Source: Candidatus Omnitrophota bacterium
GTDB lineage: Bacteria > Omnitrophota > Gorgyraeia > 2-01-FULL-45-10
NCBI GenBank assembly: GCA_020057115.1
Contig: JAGVGJ010000002.1
Coordinates: forward strand, 857 to 64,856
Direction: 5' to 3'
DNA: 64,000 bases
Both the position numbers and the translations under genes were made by a program. Positions 49,234 to 61,238 of this stretch are shown in pieces. Position 1 is the first letter of the stretch. Each line of letters opens with the position of its first letter. The notes beneath the pieces were generated by a model. It was not told the DNA's origin and searched no databases. It saw nothing but the letters and a program-made list of their open reading frames with translations.

Positions 49234-49266
49234 CATTCATTCAATAAATATGCCAAAAAAGATAGG

Positions 49267-49294
49267 TTGACAAATAATATTACCCTAATATAAT
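49267..49294 (+). promoter_or_regulatory. Sigma70-type promoter of the atp operon
   Basis: TTGACA-16 nt-TATAAT. Confidence 0.7.
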
Positions 49295-49350
49295 ATTAAT
49301 TAACACCAATGGCGATGTCTTCTGGCGACGAATGCTGGAGGGCATTTTTT

Positions 49351-49584
49351 ATGCAAAAAAAGAAGGTCTACAAGTGGATCAAGATCGGTGGGCTATTATC
49401 ATTCCTGCCGTTCGTAATGGCTGCCGGACCTCTCGGGGGATACCTGATGGGCGAGCTCCTGCAGAAAAAGCTGGGACTTCCTCCGATAACGATGGCGATA
49501 TGCATAATACTTGGATTCCTCGGAAGCGCCGTCGAAACTGTTAAAGTGATCAAGATGGCGCTGCGCGCAGAGGAGAAAGACTAG
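49351..49584 (+). CDS. AtpZ/AtpI-family ATP synthase accessory membrane protein
   Basis: Two TM helices with a G-G-Y-L-x-G pattern; first gene of the atp operon; GGAGGG RBS. Confidence 0.7.
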   Translation: MQKKKVYKWIKIGGLLSFLPFVMAAGPLGGYLMGELLQKKLGLPPITMAICIILGFLGSAVETVKVIKMALRAEEKD

Positions 49585-49586
49585 AG

Positions 49587-49865
49587 ATGGGCAATCCGAA
49601 ACTTATGTGGTTGAGCGGTTTTCTTATCGGCGCCGGCTGGAGCGCCGTAAATTTCCTTCTCATATTATCCATTCTTAAGATATCTATGCTCGAAAAACCG
49701 AAGACAAAGCTGGGGGCTATACTTCTTTTGAAATTTCCGGTGCTTTATCTCGTCGGATTCCTGATACTGAATTCCGGCATCTTCCCGATATCAAGTATAC
49801 TTGCAGGCCTGACATCAACACTATTACTTGTCGGAGCTATAAAATTATGGCCGAAGCGCACGTAG
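49587..49865 (+). CDS. atpI: ATP synthase protein I-like membrane protein
   Basis: Highly hydrophobic ORF immediately before atpB. Confidence 0.6.
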   Translation: MGNPKLMWLSGFLIGAGWSAVNFLLILSILKISMLEKPKTKLGAILLLKFPVLYLVGFLILNSGIFPISSILAGLTSTLLLVGAIKLWPKRT

Positions 49866-50599
49866 CGACTAACCCGGAACTGCCCAACCTTGTCACAATA
49901 CTCGAAAAGACATTCGAGGGAACTTCCTTCGCGCATTTCCTGAAGGCGTGGGAGAACATAATATTCTCTCTGATCATCATATTCATGATCACCGTGGTGG
50001 CATATTTTGTTTCCAAAAAGAACTCCATGGTGCCTGGGCGTTTCCAGTGCGCGTGGGAGATGTTCGTGGGCGGAGTGGATGATTTCGTATGCGGCATAAT
50101 GGGGCCGGCGGGAAGACAGTTCGTCCCATTCATCGGAACGCTCTTCATCTACATACTCTTCATGAACCTCTCGGGGCTCATACCGTTATTTAAATCTCCT
50201 ACGTCAAACTGGTCCATAACTCTCGCGCTCGCCCTCTGCGTTTTCGTTTACGTCCAATTCACCGGCTTCAGGAGGCTTGGGTTTTTGGGTTATATCGACC
50301 ACCTGGCTGAAAAGCCAAGAGGGATACTGGCATTCTCGGTCATAATACCGATACTCATGTTCTTCCTGCATGTCATATCGGAGCTTGTTCGGCCCTTGAG
50401 CCTCTCCTTGCGTTTACGAAGCAATATCTGGGGAGATGACACGCTCCTGGCCGTTCTCGCCGGATTCGGGTTGGGCGGGGTGCCGCTCCTTCTTTTTAAT
50501 ACGTTCCTTGTAATAATCGCAGGCATAGTCCAGACGCTGGTATTCTGCCTGTTAACGACAATATACTTCACGCTCATCGTGACAGGTGAAGAGCATTAA
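49847..50599 (+). CDS. atpB: ATP synthase Fo subunit a
   Basis: VPGRFQ, MNLSGLIP, RPLSLSLRL and VQTLVF. Confidence 0.93.
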   Translation: MAEAHVATNPELPNLVTILEKTFEGTSFAHFLKAWENIIFSLIIIFMITVVAYFVSKKNSMVPGRFQCAWEMFVGGVDDFVCGIMGPAGRQFVPFIGTLFIYILFMNLSGLIPLFKSPTSNWSITLALALCVFVYVQFTGFRRLGFLGYIDHLAEKPRGILAFSVIIPILMFFLHVISELVRPLSLSLRLRSNIWGDDTLLAVLAGFGLGGVPLLLFNTFLVIIAGIVQTLVFCLLTTIYFTLIVTGEEH

Positions 50600-50602
50600 C
50601 GT

Positions 50603-50674
50603 AGGGCCCAGGGGCCAGGGTCAAGGGTCCGGTAAAATTTTATTCTGGACCCTGGACCCTTGTCCCTTGACCCT
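50603..50674. repeat. Inverted pair of heptamer tandem arrays (AGGGTCC x4 / GGACCCT x4)
   Basis: 50603-50630 forward and 50647-50674 reverse complement. Confidence 0.8.
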
Positions 50675-50700
50675 TACACATAACTAAAAGGAGGCGTTAG

Positions 50701-50931
50701 ATGGATTACAAAACAGCACTGGCATTCGCTCTGCCGCTTGGGTTGGCGATTGCGGCATTCGGTTCAGCGATAGGCCTTGGCAGGGTAGTTGCGGCGGCGA
50801 TGGACGCCACCGGAAGACAACCGGAAGCGGCAACCAAGATACTCATTAACATGGCGACGGGTTGCGCGTTCATAGAGGCGCTCACGATCTACGCGCTTGT
50901 ATTCGTCTTCGGCTTAGCCGGAAAGATATAA
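50701..50931 (+). CDS. atpE: ATP synthase Fo subunit c
   Basis: GRQPEA loop; FIEALTIY. Confidence 0.95.
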   Translation: MDYKTALAFALPLGLAIAAFGSAIGLGRVVAAAMDATGRQPEAATKILINMATGCAFIEALTIYALVFVFGLAGKI

Positions 50932-50937
50932 TCTTTC

Positions 50938-51444
50938 ATGGAATTGCTAAAGCTCCTAAGCGCTAATGAGCTGGTAGCCCAGATCGTAAGCTTTCTCATA
51001 TTGCTCTTCATATTGAAGCGCTTTGCGTGGAAGCCTGTCCTCAAAGTCCTTGACGAAAGAAAGAACAAGATCGAATCGGAATTCAAGGAAATTGACGAGA
51101 TAAAGGGCGAAGCCGAGAGGATGAAGTCCGAATATGAGACGAAGCTTAGCGCTATCGAGCGGATCGCGAAAGAAAAGATCGAAGAGGGCGTAAAAGAAGG
51201 CAGGCGCATGGCCGATGTCATAAAGCAAGGGGCCGTAAAAGACGCTGAGCGCATGATCGCAGACGCCAAGGATGTCATCAAGGATGAGACCCAAAAAGCG
51301 CATGATATCCTCAAAGAAGACATAGTGGACCTTACTATAAGCGCGGCAGAAAAAGTAATTGGAGAGAAGGTTACCGATAAGCATGACAGGAAAGCGATAG
51401 AAGAATTCCTGGATATGCTGGAAAAGAAGAAGAATGGATGGTAG
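50938..51444 (+). CDS. atpF: ATP synthase Fo subunit b
   Basis: N-terminal TM; FAWKPVLKVLDERK; coiled coil. Confidence 0.93.
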   Translation: MELLKLLSANELVAQIVSFLILLFILKRFAWKPVLKVLDERKNKIESEFKEIDEIKGEAERMKSEYETKLSAIERIAKEKIEEGVKEGRRMADVIKQGAVKDAERMIADAKDVIKDETQKAHDILKEDIVDLTISAAEKVIGEKVTDKHDRKAIEEFLDMLEKKKNGW

Positions 51445-51979
51445 CCAGATAGTCAAAAGATATGCCGACGGATTCCTTGAATTCGCCAAAGAGACCATAG
51501 GGTTCAAGGAGGGCTTGGAGGAAATGGGTGCCCTAAGAAGCGTTCTGCGCGATAATCCTGAATTCAAATCGCTCTTAGAGAATCCCGCGATCGGATATTC
51601 CGAAAAATGCGCAACTCTTAACAATGCCCTGGGCAAGAGTTTCTCGCGGGAGACCCTTATACTTCTCATGCTCCTTCTTAAGAAAGACCGCATACATGAA
51701 TTTGATCATATAGCAGAATACGCCAGAGTGAAGTATGCACACGGGGATGAGGTAGAGGCTGTATTAAAAGCAAGCTATCCTCTCGACACGGCAGTCCTTG
51801 AACGGATAAAGCGGATGCTGGAAGAAACTATGGAAAAGAAATTACATATATACATGAACCTGGCCCCTGAACTCCTTGGCGGAGTAAGGGCGGAGATAGG
51901 CCACTTCGTCATCGACGGATCTCTGAAGAGGCGCCTTGTAGACTTGAGGCGCAAGTTGATGGCAGTTAGGATGAACTGA
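51434..51979 (+). CDS. atpH: ATP synthase F1 subunit delta
   Basis: KRYADG; ELLGGV...IDGSLK. Confidence 0.9.
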   Translation: MDGSQIVKRYADGFLEFAKETIGFKEGLEEMGALRSVLRDNPEFKSLLENPAIGYSEKCATLNNALGKSFSRETLILLMLLLKKDRIHEFDHIAEYARVKYAHGDEVEAVLKASYPLDTAVLERIKRMLEETMEKKLHIYMNLAPELLGGVRAEIGHFVIDGSLKRRLVDLRRKLMAVRMN

Positions 51980-51980
51980 T

Positions 51981-53489
51981 ATGCCGATAAGACCGGAAGA
52001 AGTGACGTCAATAATAAAAAAGGAGCTTGAAAAATACAAGGTCCGCTTGAGGATGGAATCTACCGGCACGGTCCTCCAGGTAGGTGACGGGATCGCGCTG
52101 GTGTACGGCCTGACGGACGTAATGGCCGGAGAGCTTGTCCAGTTCGCTAACGGCACCATGGGCATGGTCTTTAATCTCGAAGAAGATAGTGTCGGCATAG
52201 TCATACTCGGATCCGAAAAGGATATAAGAGAGGGTGACACGGTAAAGAGGACCGACAAGATAACCCAGATGCCCGTCGGGGAGTCTTTATTGGGCCGCGT
52301 AGTAAACGCGCTCGGAAAACCTATCGACGGAAAAGGCGATATAGAGATCCACAGGTACAGGCCGCTTGAGGCGCGCGCGCCGAGCGTAGTCGAGCGCCAA
52401 CCGGTCAAGGAACCGCTCCAGACAGGCATCAAGGCTATCGATTCGATGATACCTATCGGCCGGGGCCAGAGAGAGCTTATCATAGCAGACCGCCAGACCG
52501 GCAAAACGGCGATAGTCCTCGATACGATCATAAATCAGAAAGGCAAAGGCGTTCATTGCATCTATGTCGCCATAGGCCAAAAGATGTCGAACATAGTAGC
52601 CGTATCCCAGACGCTTGAAAAATACGGCGCAATGGAATACACGATCATAGTAAGCGCTTCATCAAGAGCCGCAGCATCGATGCAGTATCTAGCGCCCTAT
52701 GCCGGCACTGCCATAGGAGAGGAGCTGATGCGCTCGGGGAAGCACGCGCTCATAATCTACGACGATCTTTCCAAGCATGCACAGAGCTATCGCCAATTGT
52801 CCCTGCTTTTGAGGCGTCCGCCGGGAAGAGAGGCATATCCAGGCGACATATTCTACCTGCACGCCAGACTCCTTGAACGAGCCGCAAAGCTTAACGACTC
52901 TTTAGGAGGCGGATCGCTTACAGCCATCCCGATAATCGAGACACAGGCAGGCGACATAACGAGCTACATACCCACTAACGTCATCTCCATCACCGACGGG
53001 CAGATATACCTTGAAACGGATCTTTTCTATGCCGGCGTAAGGCCTGCCATAAATGTCGGGTTGTCGGTATCGCGCGTTGGCGGCAATGCCCAGACGAAGG
53101 CCATGAAGCAGGTGGCGGGTCGCCTGAGGCTTGACCTGGCGCAATATCGAGAGCTTGCCGCATTCACACAGTTCGGGTCAGAGCTCGACAAGGCCACGCA
53201 GGCGCAGCTCGCTCGCGGCGAAAGGATGGTCGAGCTGTTAAAGCAGGGGCAATACGAGCCGCTGCCCGTATCGAAGCAGGTAATGATACTATATGCCGGC
53301 ACGAACGGCTTCCTGGACGATATCCCCGTAAATAAAGTGAGGAAATTTGAAATCGCATTCTACGCGTATATCGACAAATACCACCCTGACATAGGCGTTG
53401 AGATAGACATGAAGAAGGAACTGACGGAAGATATAAAGAAAAACCTGAATAACGCAATAACAGAGTTCAAGGTAGAGTTCGCAAAATGA
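51981..53489 (+). CDS. atpA: ATP synthase F1 subunit alpha
   Basis: [19 protein letters not shown] and [14 protein letters not shown]. Confidence 0.97.
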   Translation: MPIRPEEVTSIIKKELEKYKVRLRMESTGTVLQVGDGIALVYGLTDVMAGELVQFANGTMGMVFNLEEDSVGIVILGSEKDIREGDTVKRTDKITQMPVGESLLGRVVNALGKPIDGKGDIEIHRYRPLEARAPSVVERQPVKEPLQTGIKAIDSMIPIGRGQRELIIADRQTGKTAIVLDTIINQKGKGVHCIYVAIGQKMSNIVAVSQTLEKYGAMEYTIIVSASSRAAASMQYLAPYAGTAIGEELMRSGKHALIIYDDLSKHAQSYRQLSLLLRRPPGREAYPGDIFYLHARLLERAAKLNDSLGGGSLTAIPIIETQAGDITSYIPTNVISITDGQIYLETDLFYAGVRPAINVGLSVSRVGGNAQTKAMKQVAGRLRLDLAQYRELAAFTQFGSELDKATQAQLARGERMVELLKQGQYEPLPVSKQVMILYAGTNGFLDDIPVNKVRKFEIAFYAYIDKYHPDIGVEIDMKKELTEDIKKNLNNAITEFKVEFAK

Positions 53490-54340
53490 TACAGTCCTTA
53501 AGGACCCTCAGGCTCAGGATACGCTCGATAGAGAACACCAGGAAGATAACTCGCGCCATGGAGATGATATCCTCTTCCAAGTTTAACCGTGCAAAACAGG
53601 CCCTCTTTGCGCATCTTCCTTATTATCTTAAGCTCGACGGGATGGTGACCCACATGCTTGAAAGCGTAGACATGCCACCTCATCCATTCTTAGAGAAAGG
53701 GCCTGCCGAAAAACCGGCGGCGCTTGTACTTGTCACCTCCGACACAGGGCTTTGCAGCACCTACAACCATTCCGCAATACGCCAGGCTGAAAATTTTATA
53801 GCAAAACGCGGGAAAGAGAAGACCATGCTCTTAGCGATAGGCCGCGAGGGGTTCAATTATTTCAAACGCCAGAATATCGACATTAAAGATGCCTACATCG
53901 ACCACCATGGCCGCCTTACTAAGGAATTATCCGAAAAGATAACATCCAACCTGACGGGCATGTTCCTTGAAAAAAAAGTGAGCGAGGTATATATGGCGTA
54001 CACGCACTTCGGGGGCGTCTTGCGCCATAAGCCGGTGCTTGAAAAGATACTTGACATCGAATCACCCGGCGAGCCGGTAATAGAGTATCTTGCCGAGCCT
54101 GATATACAGGCGATATTCGACAAGATATTGCCTAAATATATAGCGGAGAAGATAAGACACATACTCATGGATGCATTCACGTCTGAACATGCCTCGCGCA
54201 TGGTGGCCATGAAGAGCGCGAAAGATAATGCTACGGAACTCATAGACACATTGACACTCTTAAAAAATAAAGCCCGGCAGGCGGCTATCACGAAAGAGAT
54301 ACTCGAGATATCGATGTCGGCGGAAGCTTTGAAAGGATAA
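53486..54340 (+). CDS. atpG: ATP synthase F1 subunit gamma
   Basis: [15 protein letters not shown] and [12 protein letters not shown]. Confidence 0.95.
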   Translation: MIQSLRTLRLRIRSIENTRKITRAMEMISSSKFNRAKQALFAHLPYYLKLDGMVTHMLESVDMPPHPFLEKGPAEKPAALVLVTSDTGLCSTYNHSAIRQAENFIAKRGKEKTMLLAIGREGFNYFKRQNIDIKDAYIDHHGRLTKELSEKITSNLTGMFLEKKVSEVYMAYTHFGGVLRHKPVLEKILDIESPGEPVIEYLAEPDIQAIFDKILPKYIAEKIRHILMDAFTSEHASRMVAMKSAKDNATELIDTLTLLKNKARQAAITKEILEISMSAEALKG

Positions 54341-56027
<1,687 letters not shown>

Positions 56028-56031
<4 letters not shown>

Positions 56032-56468
56032 AATATACTAAAGGCTCTATAGGAAGGATATTCCTCTTAAAGTTCGAGGATGACGATATCCTTCTGAAGG
56101 AAATAGAGAGACTGGCGCGGAAAGAGCGCATAAGGGCGGCATCATTCGTATTTATAGGAGCCCTGAAAAAAGGCGACATAGTCACCGGACCGAAGGTGCC
56201 GGTCATCCCGCCGGATCCTAATTGGAAGAGCTTTAAGGACGGCTGGGAGGCCATGGGGATCGGCACGATATTTACGAATAAATCCGGCCCGCAGATACAC
56301 ATCCATACTTCGATGGGAAAAAAGGATGATGTCATCACCGGCTGCGTCAGGAAAGACTCAAAAGTCTTCCTGGTCATAGAGGCTATCGTATTTGAACTGA
56401 AGGGCGTCAAAGCATCGAAAGACATCGACCCAAGGACAGGCTTGAATCTGTTGAAGATCGGGGCCTAG
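56028..56468 (+). CDS. PPC/DUF296 domain protein
   Basis: FIGAL, HIHTSMG and E.IV.E motifs. Confidence 0.8.
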
Positions 56469-57734
56469 ATGGAGCTCCTTGTTTGCGATAGCAAGAATCG
56501 CATATACCCAATAAAACATCTTGAGCCGGCCGGTATGGAAGCCGGCCATTTTTTTCGGCTAGATACAAAAGACCTCATCAAATTACCCCGCGGAAGCCAG
56601 CTATTCACCCTTCCTGATAGGCGACCTGTAGGGTATGATCCTTCAAGCAAAAGCTTTGTCGCGCCTGAAGAAAAACTTTTTGCCGTAGGAGCATTCGTCT
56701 CGCCCGGCCACACGACAACGCATTCAGCTGCTTATATGGAACTGGACAAGCCGAAGCTATTGCCGCTATTCTCGTACGCAGCCGTTGCCATACATAAAGG
56801 CAAATATTATACAGCCGCTATAAAGGTAGACGACGATACCCGCCATGACTGCACCTTGATAGATATAGCTAAGGTTAAAATTGGCGTAAAGGCCCTTCGC
56901 AAGAAATTCCCGAAGAACAGGCTTGTCCGCCACCTTGAAGATTGCGCTCTTAAATACGGATGCGCCGGAGCACAGAACTTTTTTTTAGGCAAGCATGAAG
57001 GGCCGCTGCCATCATCACCGTATTGTAATGCGGTCTGTCTCGGATGCATATCTTACCAGCCGCGCAAGCTATGTTCCGAGACCCAGCCTAGGATAAAATT
57101 CATCCCAGAACCTCAGGAGATAGCCGAGATCGCATTATTCCATATGGATAGGGTGAAGGACACCATTGTGAGCTTCGGCCAGGGTTGCGACGGCGAGCCT
57201 CTTATCGTGGGTGATGTGCTGGTGGAAGCGGTAAAGCTGATCCGGGCAAAAAGATCCGATAATATGATCAATGTGAACACCAATGGCTCGAGGCCTGATA
57301 TTGTTTCTCGGCTTTTCGACGCAGGTCTTGATTCCATTCGGGTCAGCATGAACAGCGCAAGGATCGAATACTACTCAAGATATTATAAGCCCATAGGTTA
57401 TGCATTCCACGATGTCCTTGCCTCTATAAAGATAGCAAAGAAGAAGGGCGGGTTCGTTTCGCTGAATTACCTTACAATGCCCGGATTCACTGATACCGAG
57501 CCTGAGCTAGCGGCAGTCTCGAAACTAATAGAGAAATATCACATCGACATGATCCAGTGGCGCAACTTAAACTATGACCCGATGGAATATTTTAAAGAGA
57601 TAGATATCGCAGTCGACCGCTCCGATATCCTTGGCGTACGCAGCATGATGCAGTCCCTGGAAAAACGCTTCCCAAAGCTGATCTTCGGCTATTTCAATCC
57701 AAGTCGTGGAAAAATAAGGGCCGTTGTCGATTAA
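56469..57734 (+). CDS. Radical SAM protein
   Basis: CNAVCLGCIS, SFGQGCDGEP and NTNGS. Confidence 0.88.
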   Translation: MELLVCDSKNRIYPIKHLEPAGMEAGHFFRLDTKDLIKLPRGSQLFTLPDRRPVGYDPSSKSFVAPEEKLFAVGAFVSPGHTTTHSAAYMELDKPKLLPLFSYAAVAIHKGKYYTAAIKVDDDTRHDCTLIDIAKVKIGVKALRKKFPKNRLVRHLEDCALKYGCAGAQNFFLGKHEGPLPSSPYCNAVCLGCISYQPRKLCSETQPRIKFIPEPQEIAEIALFHMDRVKDTIVSFGQGCDGEPLIVGDVLVEAVKLIRAKRSDNMINVNTNGSRPDIVSRLFDAGLDSIRVSMNSARIEYYSRYYKPIGYAFHDVLASIKIAKKKGGFVSLNYLTMPGFTDTEPELAAVSKLIEKYHIDMIQWRNLNYDPMEYFKEIDIAVDRSDILGVRSMMQSLEKRFPKLIFGYFNPSRGKIRAVVD

Positions 57735-57790
57735 GTCTCTCACGAGATAAGGAGATGTCTTCCTCAAGCCACTCCACGCCAAGCATCTTC

Positions 57791-58199
57791 TCCTCATTCG
57801 AATATTCCTTTTATAGAGGCACTGTCCCTCTCGGGGCGGGCCAGTGCCCTTGGCAAGGCGAATATCCTCACTCGTCGTTCACCAACCATGTCTCCCTCTG
57901 GGGTAGACATGGCTACAAGTCAATATCAATAGCCACTCTCGCCTTCGACGAGTGAGATTTTCCTCATATTGTAGGCGCGGACCGTTAGGGTGGGTTTGGA
58001 ACGGCCTTGTAAAATTTCGATCCCTTAAGCCGATACAGCAAGGCCGAACAAACCTGTCAATAGTTCTTCCTTATAGTCCGGGTTGGTCGGCCATCGAAAT
58101 TTTACGGAGCGAGCGAGGATGGCTAATCCGAGCGAGCGTCCGCGACAGACCCACCCTAACGGTCCGACAGCCTCATGGAGAGGAATATTTGAATGAGGA
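57791..58199 (+). repeat. Nested long inverted-repeat element (structured RNA or MITE/REP-like)
   Basis: IR pairs 57791-57809/58181-58199, 57867-57877/57946-57956, 57978-57998/58146-58166 and 58009-58021/58093-58105. Confidence 0.7.
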
Positions 58200-58222
58200 T
58201 CAGGCATCCTTGCAACGAACTA

Positions 58223-58275
58223 TTGACATCATCCCTAAAAAGCGGTATACTTGTTATGAACATATGTTCATAACA
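58223..58275 (+). promoter_or_regulatory. Sigma70 promoter with a perfect 24-bp palindromic operator
   Basis: TTGACA-17-TATACT (58223-58251), then TGTTATGAACATATGTTCATAACA (58252-58275). Confidence 0.8.
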
Positions 58276-58286
58276 TAGGAGCCATC

Positions 58287-58592
58287 TTGAGGCCGAAAAA
58301 GACTAGATCCATAAGCTGCATGCCGGGAGAACGGTGCTTTAAGCCGCTCTGCAAACCATTAAATAAAGTAGAGTCGGTATTTCTAACCCTGGACGAATTT
58401 GAAGCATTGAGGCTTGCTGATCTTGAAGAGATGAAGCAGGTAGATGCGGCAAAAATGCTTAATATCTCAAGGCCGACATTCTCGCGCATCGTAGGGTCAG
58501 CGCGTAAAAAGATAGCGGACGGCCTGGTCAACATCAAGGCCATAAGGATCGAGGGCGGCTGCTGCAAGATCTCAAGGAGAGTAAGGCGATGA
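58287..58592 (+). CDS. DUF134 (UPF0251) HTH DNA-binding protein
   Basis: RPKK.R, LTLDEFEALRLAD, AAKMLNISRPTF and IRIEGG; TTG start after AGGAG. Confidence 0.85.
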   Translation: MRPKKTRSISCMPGERCFKPLCKPLNKVESVFLTLDEFEALRLADLEEMKQVDAAKMLNISRPTFSRIVGSARKKIADGLVNIKAIRIEGGCCKISRRVRR

Positions 58593-59761
58593 AAGAATGG
58601 AAGAAATTTCTTTATGTTGTCGCGATATTCTTAGGTTGTTTCTATCTGCCTGTCGAAAACCTGCGGTTCTCCAATGCTATCTTTGAGGCGCTTGCCCTCG
58701 TAAAGTGGTATGCCCGGGAGCATGTATTATTATGCCTTGTCCCGGCATTTTTTATTGCCGGAGCCATATCCGTATTTGTAAGCCAGGCGTCGATCATAAA
58801 ATATTTCGGCGCCAAGGCGAACAAAGTCCTTTCTTACAGTGTTGCCTCCATATCCGGAACCATCCTGGCGGTCTGTTCCTGCACGGTTTTGCCTTTATTC
58901 TCCGGTATATATAAAAGAGGTGCCGGGCTTGGGCCTGCGATAGCTTTCCTTTATTCAGGACCTGCTATCAATGTCCTTGCCATCATCCTTACCGCGCGCA
59001 TCCTTGGCTGGCAGCTTGGACTGGCAAGGGCGATAGGCGCGATTGTATTTAGCGTAGTGATAGGGCTCGCCATGCACCTCATATTCTTAAAAGGGGAGAG
59101 GGAGCGTCATGTTAATGGCAACTTCGACATAGAAGATGTAAAAGAAGCGCGCCCTCTGGGTAAGACCGCCGCCTACTTCACATCCCTTGTCGCGATACTT
59201 GTATTTGCGAACTGGGGCAAGCCACTCGAAGGCGATCACGGTCTATGGAGCTTGATATATGCGCTTAAATGGTGGATCACAGGTTTTTCCTTCGCCGGCC
59301 TCATCATCATGCTGTTCAAATGGTTCAAAAAAGATGAATTAAAAGAGTGGGCCGCGGTTTCATGGGGATTTGCCTTACAGATACTGCCGCTTTTACTCGG
59401 CGGCGTACTCGTCTCCGGATTCCTGCTAGGCAGGGTCGGGCATGAAGGGATAATACCTTCAAGGTTCATTACGATGCTTGTCGGCGGAAACTCATTATGG
59501 GCGAACTTTTTCTCGTCGATCGTGGCGGCATTCATGTATTTTGCAACACTGACCGAAGTACCCATACTTCAAGGGCTGATGAACTCAGGTATGGGTAAAG
59601 GGCCTGCCTTAGCGCTTCTTCTTGCGGGGCCTGCGTTAAGCCTTCCAAGCATGCTGGTCCTCCGCAGTATCATTGGGACAAAAAAAACTGTCGTCTATGT
59701 AAGCCTGGTAATCATCATGGCTACGATCAGCGGGATGTTCTTTGGGTGGATCGTTAAATAA
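58589..59761 (+). CDS. arsP: ArsP/DUF318 family permease
   Basis: LAVCSCTVLP, FLYSGPAIN, MYFATLTEVPI and LLLAGPALSLP. Confidence 0.8.
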   Translation: MKEWKKFLYVVAIFLGCFYLPVENLRFSNAIFEALALVKWYAREHVLLCLVPAFFIAGAISVFVSQASIIKYFGAKANKVLSYSVASISGTILAVCSCTVLPLFSGIYKRGAGLGPAIAFLYSGPAINVLAIILTARILGWQLGLARAIGAIVFSVVIGLAMHLIFLKGERERHVNGNFDIEDVKEARPLGKTAAYFTSLVAILVFANWGKPLEGDHGLWSLIYALKWWITGFSFAGLIIMLFKWFKKDELKEWAAVSWGFALQILPLLLGGVLVSGFLLGRVGHEGIIPSRFITMLVGGNSLWANFFSSIVAAFMYFATLTEVPILQGLMNSGMGKGPALALLLAGPALSLPSMLVLRSIIGTKKTVVYVSLVIIMATISGMFFGWIVK

Positions 59762-59774
59762 AACAGGGGAGCAT

Positions 59775-60548
59775 ATGAAGAAAAAAGAAAAAGTTATCAA
59801 ACAGCATGTAAAAGAAGGCTATGCAAAGATAGCGCTACAAGGAGGCTCGTGTTGTCCTGGATCATCTTGTTGCGGAAGCTCAAGCCTTGCTCAAGATATA
59901 AGCAAGGCCGTTGGCTACACCGACCGAGAGATGAAGACTGTTCCTGAAGGAGCCAATCTGGGCCTTGGCTGCGGAAACCCGGTCGCGATCGCTTCCTTAA
60001 AAGAAGGCGAAACGGTCCTTGATCTGGGCGCCGGCGCGGGGTTTGATGCATTTTTGGCTGCCGCCAAAGTAGGTAAAAGCGGGAAAGTGATCGGCGTAGA
60101 TATGACCCCCGAAATGATCGACCGTGCCAGAAAAAACGCCCTTAAAGCCGACTACGCCAATGTAGAATTTAAATTAGGCGATATAGAGAATTTGCCCATA
60201 GAAGATAATTCTATTGATGTGGTCATATCAAATTGCGTTATCAATCTTTCGCCTGACAAGAAACGAGCATTCAAGGAAGCATTCCGTGTCTTGAAGTCCG
60301 GTGGAAGGCTCATGGTGTCGGACCTGGTTCTTATGAAAGACTTACCTGATGTTACAAAGAGATCGATCGAGGCTTATGTGGGTTGCATTGCCGGCGCCTC
60401 CGGGAGAGAGGATTATATCAATTTTATCAAGGAAGCTGGTTTTAAAGATATAAAAATTATAAGCCAGGATAAATATCCTGTCGAAGCCGTGGCTGATACT
60501 TCGGCCGTGGTAAGCGTCAAGATATATGCTATTAAACCCGAGGATTAA
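59775..60548 (+). CDS. arsM: Arsenite S-adenosylmethionine methyltransferase
   Basis: CC...CC, NLGLGCGNP, LDLGAGAGFD, GVDMT, SNCVINL and GCIAGA. Confidence 0.9.
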   Translation: MKKKEKVIKQHVKEGYAKIALQGGSCCPGSSCCGSSSLAQDISKAVGYTDREMKTVPEGANLGLGCGNPVAIASLKEGETVLDLGAGAGFDAFLAAAKVGKSGKVIGVDMTPEMIDRARKNALKADYANVEFKLGDIENLPIEDNSIDVVISNCVINLSPDKKRAFKEAFRVLKSGGRLMVSDLVLMKDLPDVTKRSIEAYVGCIAGASGREDYINFIKEAGFKDIKIISQDKYPVEAVADTSAVVSVKIYAIKPED

Positions 60549-60557
60549 AGGAGATAT

Positions 60558-60794
60558 ATGAAAATTGAGATCCTGGGTATGGGATGCCCGAAATGCAAAA
60601 AGTTATATGAAAATGCTCAGACCGCTGCGAAAGAGCTGAATATCGCGGCAGATATCGTTAAAGTAGCTGACATCGACAAGATCACCGGATACGGCGTAAT
60701 GATGACGCCTGCCTTGGCTATTGACGGTACAGTTGTTTCATCTGGCAAATTGTTGAACAAAGACGAGATAATCAAGATCATCTCTAAGCGTTAA
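60558..60794 (+). CDS. Small redox-active disulfide (thioredoxin-family) protein
   Basis: ILGMGCPKC; GVMMTPAL. Confidence 0.88.
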   Translation: MKIEILGMGCPKCKKLYENAQTAAKELNIAADIVKVADIDKITGYGVMMTPALAIDGTVVSSGKLLNKDEIIKIISKR

Positions 60795-60803
60795 GGAGCT
60801 CTT

Positions 60804-61238
60804 ATGCGTAAAAAACTTTTTACATTACTTTTATCGGTTCTGCTATTGTGCGGTTTCGCGCTGCCGGTGCGCTCAGGCCAAGGCGCAGACGCAAAACCCC
60901 AGAATAAGGTTATCGCCTATTATTTCCACGGCGATTTCCGATGCCCTACATGCTTCAAGATGGAGCAACACTCGAGGGGGGCTGTGGAAAAATATTTTAA
61001 AGATGAACTGGCTTCCGGGAAAGTAGTATTCAGCGCGGTAAATACGGACGAAAAAGCGAATAAGCATTTCGTGCGCGACTACGGACTTTATGCGAAATCC
61101 CTCATAATATCCCTGGTTAAGGACGGAAAGGAAGTCAGATCAAAGAACCTTACTAAGATATGGGAATATGCCTGGGATGAACGGGAATTCTACGATTATG
61201 TCAAAACGGAAGTTGAAAGCTATTTGAAAGAACTTTAA
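60804..61238 (+). CDS. ArsF-like exported thioredoxin-fold protein
   Basis: Signal peptide; YYFHGDFRCPTC. Confidence 0.7.
   Translation: MRKKLFTLLLSVLLLCGFALPVRSGQGADAKPQNKVIAYYFHGDFRCPTCFKMEQHSRGAVEKYFKDELASGKVVFSAVNTDEKANKHFVRDYGLYAKSLIISLVKDGKEVRSKNLTKIWEYAWDEREFYDYVKTEVESYLKEL

Noticed and set aside
49309-49350. Longer N-terminus for the first atp gene
   Set aside because: This stretch is the leader hairpin; the RBS points to ATG 49351.
50701-50931. Na+-coupled ATP synthase
   Set aside because: Subunit c lacks the Gln and the ES(T) ligands (reads GLG and EAL), so it is probably H+-coupled.
57755-58278. ORFs of 66 and 108 aa in the structured intergenic region
   Set aside because: No recognisable motifs; they run across inverted repeats, a promoter and an operator.
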